Of a DNA stretch of 64,000 nt, positions 38,601-50,600 are shown in pieces. The first letter of the stretch is position 1; the number at the start of each line of letters is the position of its first letter. The stretch is taken from contig CDRNST010000060.1 of assembly GCA_977016875.1 (NCBI GenBank), positions 1,736,001 to 1,800,000 of the forward strand, given 5' to 3'. The notes under the pieces were generated by a model. It saw only the letters and a program-made list of their open reading frames with translations. It did no database searches and had not been told where the DNA came from. Source of the stretch: Pavona decussata (taxonomy: Eukaryota). The translations under genes were made by a program, and so were the position numbers.

Positions 38601-41600
38601 CGATAATAAAATAACATGACGTTTCGACGACTTCATATCGTCATTGTCAAATGAGTAAAAATGGAAATAACGGAAACGCATATTTATAGGTATTGAAAGT
38701 GAGAAAATAAATTAGCATGAAAGCATTCAGGTAAAGAGTTTCGCGCGAATGGAATCCGCTTGCGTGTTCAGTTTCGGTCTTTTGTTCTTGATCCACAGCA
38801 TTTCGTAGACCAAACATTCAAATTTGTCACGGCATTTCATTTGAAATGATTTTCTTGTTGAAATGTTTCTCAAAATCGTTTCTCATCATTTTATATTTGT
38901 ATAGTTTCATTTTTTTTTGCATAGTTTTAGTTTTCAAGTTTTTACACTTTTAAAAGTTATTACGCGCATTGGACCATATTTCCAAGGAATTTGCGCGGTA
39001 GCATATATTAATTCAAAACCAATTTTGAATCAATCGCGACTTAGCTTACACAAGTTTCCGGCGTATTCTAGCGGCTACGTGAATTTATATCAAGTTCTAA
39101 CTGTTTTACGCAGACATTCAGATTCACTTCGATGACCTCACGTCCTTTTGAGTTTAACATCGACAGTGACTAATCTAGGCTCAAAGGTTTAACACGTTTG
39201 TTCCTTGTCTCCAAAGCTAGCCTCATACGCAGACATGACGTTCTTTGGCTCGTTACGTCACGTACTCCAAAGCTCGAGCCAATAGTTCATATTGCAAGCG
39301 CAGGGAGAATCTTTTGGTGTTGAGTAAAAATGTGTGATGACCCAACGCGAGTTCACCTGGATGTTTAACTACTAGAGATTTCTTCAAACACTAACTAATA
39401 GCCGGTTAGATTTTCTCTTGTTTTGCTTTTGTACGCTACCTTGGCAGCCAGCTTTCTATTTGCCGTGAGCTCAATAAACCTTTGAGTCGCTCTCTTAGAC
39501 CATGAGCCCGCGGGACAGTGAGCAGTGGGTACAGGAGCTACTTCACATAACACGCACTCAAATGCCTGCAAAATAGAAAAGCAAAGAAGAATCTCGGTAC
39601 CAATTCTACGTTATTTTGGTACTGTTCATCTATAGAAGGCGGTTCTAACTTTTCAGCCTGTGATGAAGTTCTTAAGTGTGACCATTCAAATGGAAGCTAC
39701 TGAGCAGTACGTTCCTGTGGTGCTATTTATTGCGCTGTGCAAGGTGGTTCTAATATCTGGGTCTGGATGAAATCCTAAAGTGTGACCATTCAAATGAAAG
39801 CTACTGACCAGTACTTTCCTGTGGTGCTGTTTATTATGCTGCACAAGGTGGTTCTAATATTTGAGTCTGTAGATGAAATCCTAAAGTGTAACCTTTCAAA
39901 TGAAAGCTACTGAGCAGTACTTTCATCTGGTGCTGTTGGTTGCTTATTATTTTATCATCTAAAAGTTGGCATGCTGTTGTCCCAGTTTTGAACTTTGTGC
40001 ACTTACACGAAGGAATTAAACTGAATGGCAGAGATTCACATCCACTCTTTCAAAATAACATACCTGGAATTGCAAACTCAGAAATTCATTTTCCATTTTC
40101 CTCAGTTGATCTACGTGCACTAATGCTACATTACCAAAATCCAAGAAAAACACCTAAGAAACATGAAAAATACTTCAACACAAGGCAACTCGAAGCTTGA
40201 ACACCTGTTACCCTTCCAAAGTTTACTCCTCTTACTTTACCTTTTTAAGGTTTCATTTGTGTTCAAGAGCGCTTGCTATTATCCTCAGTCGGGTTACCCA
40301 ATGATTACTTTAAATGATTTTCAGATTTTTTTTATTTATTTATGCACTATTTCAAAAGTTTACTACAAAAGGAAATTACAATACATCACAAAAGTAACAT
40401 AAAGACGACATTAAATTACATAAATATCAAAGGTAAAATGTGCACAGTGACCAAAGGAGCTTAGGCTTTCGAGTCGGTCACTGCCACGTGCAGCTAACTG
40501 GCGTATAACGTGCAACTAACTGGTAGAACAGAACAAAAGACAAGAATAATGAGAGTGCATAGAATCATACTACAATTTTTACATAAAAAAATCAAACAAA
40601 CAACAGAAATGATAATTAATAGTGAGGGTAGAGAAATAAAATTTTCATTGGGTATTTAAAAGGTACAATTTGTATCGCTTGTAGAAGCTATTATATAGGA
40701 GTTTTTTTAATTTAGAGGGAATTTTTTCCCAAATTTTAGACCCAGCAAATGCAAAAGTGGCAGCTCCCGTAATTATTCCTTATCCTCGGCCGATGAATTA
40801 ATTAATTCTTAATGATTCTACTTAGTCCCCGCCCTCCAACGAGCATCCCCTTTTGAGATAATATAGTAGCTTTCAAACCACCGTGCCGAAAAAGATGTCG
40901 ACTGGTACATAAACACAATTCTTAACGTACGAAAACCCTAAAAACGCTCATAAAACGCATAGCAAAATTCCAAAAACTTCAAACCTAGCATACACAATGT
41001 GGATAGTACAGAGATGAATTTTGCAAAAATATGGCTTGCTTTGTGCCTATTAGCTGTATGTCAATGGGCTGTTTGATTCTCCTTTTAAGTGTATCATCTT
41101 TCTGCAGTAGTTTCACTACAGACCTAACAGTACTCAATTTTGGAGACATCAATTATTGAAACAACTTCTATGTTCGATGTTTATCAATTCATCGTAAAGT
41201 CTAAGAACATTTTTAGCATCCTTTATAAAAAAAAAACAAAAAAAAAACAGGTCCTCGGGGGGGGGGGGGGGGAAGGAAGGGAGGGGGTTTTACAGGTCCT
41301 CATAAGCCCATTTATAGAGTAAACGCTTCGTTTACCTCAACATAGTTTCTATCCTTGAAAGAGACAATCTTTGCTCTGTAGTACAGTTCATCTTCCTCAT
41401 ACAAAGCCACACACCACATGCCAACACGCAGCCTCTTTCTGTCATTTTCCTGGACAAATAAAACAGAGAGTGACATACTCTCAGCAATTCCACAACTTTC
41501 TGCACTATTTTCATAATAGATCAATCACAAAAACTGTAAATGCACTGTTTATAGTGCGAGTGTAATTAGGGCGCGTTTTACTTTGACATAATCTGTGTAT

Positions 41601-44600
41601 TCTGAAAGAGGAATACGCTGAAAACTGTTGCTTGGTAACGAAAAATATCCAAATAGCCAAAGTAAAAGAATCGAATTCTTATTATGTTTTAGAAGAAATT
41701 AAATTTTTCGAGGTATTGAATTCTGATTTGCAATATCCGAAATATTCCCCCATAAAAGCGCCCTTAGCTAACTCACGAGCATCCCACTCCAATGTTTGAT
41801 GAGGCAAATCCTAGAGACATGGAGCTTGCTGCAGTCAGAATTCAGCCCAAGTAATTCCTTGAGGAATGGGTAATATTGTGTTGTATTTATGGTTATATTT
41901 GTCACCCTGTATTAATCATATTTGAGTAATAACTTTATTCGTGTCAAAGTAAACTTAACATGAGGAAAAGAATCGTTCTCACGGCTACTTGGGGACACCT
42001 AACCAAGGTCGTAAATTTACAATTATATACATGATTTATTTAAAATATCGTAAAATTACATCCATGATTATTTATTGCATTCGACGAAGAAAGAACGCAC
42101 TATTAATAGGCCTTTATCACACAGCGGCCATGTTGAGTCTCAGGAGAATAAAAAGCTTTGCTTTTGCACGGTAAGCCTCGAACTGAATTCGCGTCTGGTC
42201 GAGGCTTGCCGTGCGAAAACAAAGCTTTTATTGTCCTGAGACTCAACATGGCCGCCGAATGACAAAGGTCTATTGCGTTTAGAGTCGAGATTGTATGGGA
42301 CAATGAATGGATCTTGGGACGTGTACCTGGCATCCCCCGCAGATTTTGCAGGGGCGGATGACATCACCACAAACTTGGCAAAGGAGAGAAAGAGCCTGCA
42401 ATCTAGATCATCGAACGCACTCCTAATACAGATTGGAGTTGAGACTGTATGGGATAGTCGATCGATCAACGAATGGATCTTGGGACGTGTATCTGGCATC
42501 CCCCACAGTTTTTTCAGGGGCGGATGACATCATCATCAACTTGGGAGAGAACCAGGTGACATCTAACACACTCCCTAATCTTTGATTACTACTAGACATG
42601 TATACGCTATACGCATTGGAAACTGCCATTTAAATCCATACCTTCAAATTTCTACCTTCATTCATGTTTATTTTCTCTTGCAACATTTGCAGCCTTGTAG
42701 CGGATTCACTGTCCGGCTTCTGAGCCCAAAAGTGTCCAGCGTCCATCACCTGTAATCACACATAGGTGGGTATAAAAACTCACAGAAATGCTCTTGTTAC
42801 GATTGACTTTTGTTTGTCACTAGAAATGTAGGGTAAGAGTGAAGTCGGCAATTCTTCCAGTGTCTGTAGCACAAAACAGCAGGAGAGACGTGAAAGGGTC
42901 CCTTACGGGTTAACCGTGGTCAAACGCAAAACATATGAAAAAATCCGTTAAAGATGAGGCTTTTACTTGAGGACTCAAAGTTGATAGAGCGGTTTTCAAT
43001 TGAGTGTTGTAAAACCAAAACCAAAGTAATTTCTCAGGCCAATCGCAACAGATGTAAACAGCACAATCAGCCAATCAGAACTCGAAGCAAATACATGTAA
43101 CCGGCGCCAAGCGCGGGAAAACGCGTGCGGCCAAAACACGATTGGTTTTGGTTTGGCTTCCCATTGGTTGAGAAAATGGCGCGAACTTTACCAACCAATC
43201 AAAGAGTCTAGTAAAGCAAAACCGAAGCAAACGCGAAGTAACTTTCGACACTCAATTGAAAACCACTCTAAGTTTTTTGTGGGTCTGTGAGTTTACCAGA
43301 TTTAGGATATGCCAAAAACGTTTCAGGAATCATTAAATGAATCGGTTTTACAGATGTCACACATTTAAATAGAAAACAAAGACATAGCACCGACGAGTCT
43401 CCATTTGAAATCAAATCAAATCCTTCTCTTTCAGCATCACATGTTGGTTGAGTTTGCACTGGTTCTTGTCCTGCTTCAAGTTTAGTTTGCTTTCCACCAC
43501 ACAAACCAAGATTTCTCTCCTCCAATCCAATCTAGATCCAAACTGGGGGCCTCAGACAAAAGACTTACATATCCTCTCCAAGTAAATATTGTGAAACTAA
43601 TTTTGGAGTTCTTACCACTGATGTCACAATTTCTAGGTAGCCAGTCTTTGGAAGTTTAATCTGTTGAGCATAAATTCGAAGAGAATTATATTAAGGTTAC
43701 AACACACTCGTGTATATAATTTGACTTTTTTCCACATTTCTGACATATTTTATTTATACTCTCCACTCTTACTGTTACATAAGCGCAAAATACAAAAGTT
43801 GGAGGTATTAAGGCATAGACTAACACGTAGCTCAAAAATAAACTAAATAGGGGAGAGGAGAGTAGAGGGGCACCTCTAGTAAAACTAATACTGTGCCCCT
43901 TTAAAGGAAGTAAATTGATAAGAAACGTAACTAAGTAGAATAGAAAAAATAAGAAAGATATAGCAAAAGGAAAACAAAAAACAAAGAGAAACGGAAATAA
44001 TGTATATAACGTAGTGTATATAATATAGTGTATATAATATAATAATGTAGCTTAAAGACTGACCCGCCTCGATTAGCGTTGCTATTTTGTGGCCCAGTAT
44101 AACATCTACCTAATTTTCTGTAAATAAATATATTGCTGTGGTTGTTGTTACACTCCGCCCAGTCTGCCTAGATGTCACGTTAACGCGTGAGTATCGTTCG
44201 CGCACGTTTTGTGTGCACGCCAAAATTTTCATGATGCACGACAAATTTAGTATTCTGAATTAACTTGCTAAAAAACAGCCTCTAGGTAATAAAACAGTTG
44301 GAGTTGGAAGGCGCATGAACATGTTTTGGTTGCTTTCTCTTCTAAATGCCTTTGTCAGTATGTTGAGAATATAAAATTAGCAATGTTTCAAGATAATTCA
44401 TGTTTGTTTATTTTTTGTTATCAAGAACGGCATCATAACAGAACAAGTCCGCTACCTGATTTGCTGCTTCGACAGGCTCCCCACCGTAAGTACCCCTTGA
44501 CGACAGAGTTGTAGCAATCCTAAACAAGACAACATGACAAAAAGAATAAATTAAAGGCAACTAAAAGAAAATAGTAATATTAAATCTTTTCTGTTAAAAT

Positions 44601-47600
44601 TGAAAGTATATATTAACCTTCTCTGAAAAGAAGACGAGAAATAGGGAAGGGAGGATTAGGGTTGAGGTTAGATTAGGGTTAGGTTTACAGTCTACCCCCA
44701 AAAATCACACCCCGTTTTTTTTAAAATTAGGTTACGTGTAAAAGCAGAACAGTAATTCAGCCTAGGTTGTTAACGCATTTGACCTTAATTTGGATTCCCC
44801 TGGCAACTTATTTGCCTATGACAAACAAAATTCAGAACTAGTAATCGGAAGGTCTTAGGTTCGACTCCTGATAGGAGCACTCGGATTTCTTTTTTCCGAG
44901 TATGCCTGTGTTACTTTCTAGAATAATACATAATTCTCATTCATTCACCAGGCTTGAAAATATACGATCACATTTATTTCATATACCACACATTCGACAT
45001 TCAAATCCTTGCAGTACGCAGGATGTTTGTCCCATGAACCTAGTTTGATGGCCTTAGCTCCCACGAGTCTCCTGTAGCTCAGTGATAGAGTATCCGAACT
45101 TGTCTAGTAATCGGAGGGTCTTAGGTTCGACTCCTGATAGGAGCACTCGGGTTTTTTTTCCGAGTATTCCTGTGTCATTTACTGATTAACACATCATTGT
45201 CAAAATTCCACCTGATGAAATCTCTGTCACATACATCCCTGAGTATTGATCATTGTTGAATTGGATAGCAAACGTACTTGTTTGATCTGAGTCTCCTCTG
45301 TTCTCCTTGAGTTCTATCTGCCATAGCATTCCTCTCTTCCATTAATTGATCCATCTGCCTTGTTTTGGCTTCCGAAATGAACAGATTTAATGGAATCCGA
45401 AGGTGTCTGAATGGGGCAAAACAACAAAATTATGACAATCACACAACGGTAACATAGGTATAATTTTGTCAAATTAAGTTAGACTGCGAGCAGTCGTACT
45501 TTTTGCCCCGAATCACACGCGCAAAGTGACGTTCAAAAACTCATTAATAATTCATAAGCCCATTGACCTATCAAATGGTCGATAAAACATCACATGCAGT
45601 GGTTTTAAAACCTGATAAAACCTCCTCCTTATTAGTATGCGGTGTTTCATCAGTTGATAAAACACTCCTTATTAGTATGCGATGTTAAATGTTTTTCTCG
45701 TATGCTACTTTCCAACGTTCACAAAAGCATAATTGTTATAAACTCTGTTGACACACCCTTTTTAAGCCGTTCAAAAACCTCGCAGCACATGTTTTATCGG
45801 GTCTAAAACCACTCGGCTGCGCCTCGCAGTTTTAAACATTACATAAAATTATGCAAATTAGAAAAGTAAACGGGGAGGGATTGCAGACCTTAAGAGAAGA
45901 AAGAGACTCGCAGTCTAAAATATCATTGATCCAACATATCTCCTTGGAAAGTAAAGTAGCCATGAATCATGAGTTCATTTGAAGTAGCCTTACATGTATA
46001 GTCTTTCAGCAATTGACGTTTCGAATCTCACCTCATTTTAATGGCCTTGTAAACACCTGGAAAAATAGTGTTGGACTGCTGCTCCATTCCAGGCGGTTTC
46101 TCAAACTCAATGTAAGCTCTGAATGTAACCAAAAGAAACGCATTTCATTAAACTACCAAGATGTCATATAACCAAGCAACAATTATCTTTGGTATTCCGT
46201 GGAGTAGGGAGACATACCACAGGACCCTTCAGTTACTTGTTGGGAGAATTAAATTTAAATAAAATAAATAAAAAATAAATAAATGGGAATTTCATTGCCT
46301 TTCACACAGTGCCTCTTTCATCTGCTGTTTCCAGGTCGAATTGGAGTTTGGGATGTTGGTTTTTGTTAAGGAAGGAAAATTGGAGTACCGGGAGAAAAAC
46401 CCTTGAAGCAGGGATGAGAACCAACAACAAACTTCTTTCACAATTTATCTGAATGTTGAGATATTTTATCTTCTGTTTACAATCATTTCCTCTATTCTCA
46501 TGGACTGTTGTTTGATCAAGTAGTGATATTACGAGGGGAAATTATATGTAAAATACTCTACCTAGTGGCTAACAGGTCAAACAAAATAATGATCTGTATT
46601 GTTTCGCATATTTAATACCATTTAATTATGCACAAAGTAATCTAATTAAAGGGGAAGTATCATGGGGTTTTTCATATCTTTTGTCAAAAATGATGACATA
46701 AGACATTCAAATCAGCTGACAAATAATTCTAGAATGACGAGAAGAAAGAAATCAACTCAATTCTTGAAAGGAACGACTCGTGATCTGTTCTAGCGCATTT
46801 TGGAAACAAAAATGCGAGAACTTGAAAAACATTAGCCTAACATTTTTCAAGTTTCAATCCATACCGGCCTACTCTGTCTCTGGCTAGGGGCTCTAATTGA
46901 CAGTTTTATTGCACTTGGGTGATAATTTATAACAAACTTGACAATTATTTCTCTGTTTCTGCTGACAGACAAAGATTTTTGGGTTTTGAAATGACAGCGA
47001 ATTTGCGTGATACTTCCCCTTTTAGCAACGTTCAGTTAATTTATGCAGATTCTTTAAGATTTTAAGTAACATAAATGAAACCAAGCTTACACACCTGCTT
47101 TCTTCAAAGAAGAGAGCTTTGCCTTTGCCACACTGGCGGAACATTCTTGCAATTGCTGAACGGTAAAGAGCGCCATGTGGAGGCATGTTTCTGACCTGCA
47201 AAATAATTAAGGCGGCAAGAGATTTATGCGGGATTTCTGATAGCGAAATAGTCAAGCAGACATAATAACTTCAAGTAAATGACGAACGTGGTTGTTGTTT
47301 CTATTGTAAGTTACTATATAATAATTTATGGGAGAACAATATTATAGATGCTTTATTCTAGGAATGAGAAGTCAAAGTATCCCTGCTTACTATAACAGTG
47401 GTGAAAGGATCATGGCCAGACATGGTCTTCATCACTTCGGCTTCATCCATATCAGTCGAGGAGAAGTAGTTGGGATAGAATGCACCACAGATCACAAGCT
47501 GAAGGGACAAAAACAAAGTCGATCTCATCCTCTAATTGTTGGGCATGGTTTGTAAATTGCATTTAATGAGAAATAAGTAATAGTTAAGCCAAAGAAAAGG

Positions 47601-50600
47601 AAGGCCAGAAATAAAATAACTACCACTAAAACAATGTATTACTTTTGTAAAGATTTCTTAAACTTGAATGGAGAATAAAGTGTCTTATAATACTTGACAA
47701 ATTGCAAAAGTTGGCATAAATTTGCCAAATGTTCATAAATAAATTATTATAATGATCAATCTTTTGCGTACTGGTAGAATTTCAGAAAAAAAATCCAGGC
47801 TGCTCTAAGAAACGAGAGAACAATACAAAACAAACACACAAACAAATGACAAAGGAAAGAGCACCTTTGATTCTGGCATGCGCTGGTTCTACATACATTA
47901 TTGGTACTTGAAAGTAATTCTCAAAATCAGGAGAAAACAAAGAAATTCACTACTGTGAAAGAGGTTGGGAAATGTGATCGTTATAATCATAAAATTTGGT
48001 GATCTTTTTCTTTGAATTTCTCCAAGAATTACGGTTTGAGAAGCTATAAAAAACATGTAAAAGAATGTTTCATCCAATTTCCAAACACCTTCAAGTTGGT
48101 TAAAAAAAAAAACTTGCCATCAACTTGGTGTTTTCAACACATCTCTTGGCGTTTGGAAATTTGAAAAATATGATGAAACACTCTTTGTTGTGTCTGATAC
48201 ATGTATGTTGTAAACATGAGCACTAAACTGACCTTTAAGATTCGCATGTTCTCAGTAGAGTTACTGTTCCTACAAAGAAATGTTGTGCATGACTTTGTCA
48301 GTTGCTTTATTTTCACTGTTACAGCTGCAGCTACTGGAAGTTACCATTGTCAGCTACAATAGCTGCTTATTAGTGGACACCACTGGAAAGATGTTCAATC
48401 ATCCACTAACAGGGTGCTCACATGAGACCAGTGAGGCTATCATTCCAGTATGAGATCAACATTTTAGACCAGGGATTTCATTAAGATTTCTTTCAAACAG
48501 TTAGGCAAGAGGTTAGTGCACCTGGAGCAGGATAGTTCACTCCGATATAATCTTTTAATGAAAAAGTTGGTTGAGATTTTTAAGCAGCTAGGCAAAGTTG
48601 AGTTCACAGACAGTCAATTTGCCAGTGGCCGGGTTGGCCCTTAATGAAACCCAAACTTTAGACCATGTTAGATAGTCCAATATTTTAATTTGAGTGAGAC
48701 TCTATTTCAAAAATTAATAAGGTCAACATGTTAGTCATCCATTGACCAACTGTTGGCAATTTGTCTGCCATCTGTTTGGCTGTTTGTTGGCCAACATTCA
48801 GCTGACAGGTTTATGGGGGAGCTGTTCTTCAATGATGCTGACCCTGCGAGCTTATAATCGAAAGTCAAGTTGAAAATCAGATATTCTAGCCACTACACCA
48901 CATAAATTAACTCTGTAGAAGCACTGAAAAAATGCTTTTGGTTTCTTAATTATTAAACATTTTGTTCCTGAAAGTGAATACAATTATTTGGGACACTGAT
49001 GCCGAGCAAGTAGAAATTACTAAATATATTTTTGCAACAAAATTACAACTTACTTCTGATAAAGGGGCTTGATTGAGATGATATTAAAATCCTTGAGCCT
49101 ATTGGTCAACTCTTTGACAACTTCATCAACCTAAAGATTCAAACATCAGTAACCAACAAGAAATACAGTATACAGGGTTCGTACCCATTTTTTGGACTTA
49201 AAATTCAAGGACTTTTAAGGACACATTTTTCGTTTTTCAAAGACTCCATGCAGTGCAAAATCAAGCCAATATAATAACAAATCAGTTCCTCATAGTAGGG
49301 AGTGTGCCTGCCAGACAGGTAATGACCTTTTCTGTGATGTCGGTGTTTGATGTTTTTTGACTTTCAAGTCGCTGAAAGCACACTTGCCCATTGTTGTGAA
49401 TCTTTTACCGTGAAACAATCCGACCAGGGGCACCCACGCAAACAACGAAGCACTCGAAGGCGAAGCACATGCTTTTCGCAGAAAGAGGGAATAGTACAAA
49501 ACATTTCATTGAATCTTAGCATTGCAGATATTGAACCAATCAGTGCATTGATTATAGCCAAGAACAGGAATAATTAATAGGTGTGAGCGGGGCGCTTGAT
49601 GGACGTTCGGAGAGGTGTAATGATCACTTTTATTTGTTTTTTTGTTTGTTTTACTATTGTGTGTTGCTACTGCAATTTTAAACTGTTCTGCCAGTAGCAT
49701 ATATTTTCATATCAGGCACTTGAGAATCTAGGTTGGATGAAAATAGCTACATATTTCAAGGACTTTCCAGTACTAACTGCAATTTTCAAGGACTTTTAAG
49801 GCCTTGAATTTTTATTTTCAAATTCAAGGACTTTCAAGGCGCATGCGAACCCGGAGTATATCATCCATTCAACAAAATATGGCCAAAGAAATGAGATGTC
49901 ACGTTTTAAGCATGACAGATGATGTTCATAGCCCAATTAAGCTAATCCTGGGTTAATGTGAACTTTTGATTTGAGTATACATCTAATCCATGAGGATTCA
50001 TCCAAAAGATTTTTTTGTCCCTTAATTTTGCCTTTAGTTAGACTCTTCTTTATCATTAACTTAAAATGAGCCTTTAAAATCATTTTTAATGAGTGAGATG
50101 AAAACCTCTGTTAACTTTTAATTGTGGATTAGCGTTAATCGGCTTTCGAACAACCGAACCCAGAAGGTCATAGGTTTGACTCCTGTTGGGATAACTCAGA
50201 TTTTCTTTTGCGAGTATGCCAGTGTCACTGACTGTAAACAAATTCATCCTGATCAACATACATGTATGAGTACCAACTCTATACTTTAAGCTTAAGCATA
50301 TTTAGTTACATGTACAACAAGAGGATTTATTTTACCTCTCTGATACGACCTGGCTGAATCATGTTATCCTGACACCAGTTGTGTTCTCCCTGTATAAAAT
50401 AATACAAATCAAATTCTCATTAACTTTCTCAAAAGGGGCCAGAAATAGTGATGCACTAAAATAATAGTCTGCATTGAGATTCATACTAGTAAAAATTTGT
50501 TGCTTCTGGATAAAATGACCCTACAATCATGAAGATTGCCCGTTAAATATCAAGGTTCCTTCACAGGTATTCAGTTGAAACAGGTGTTACGGGTAACAGT

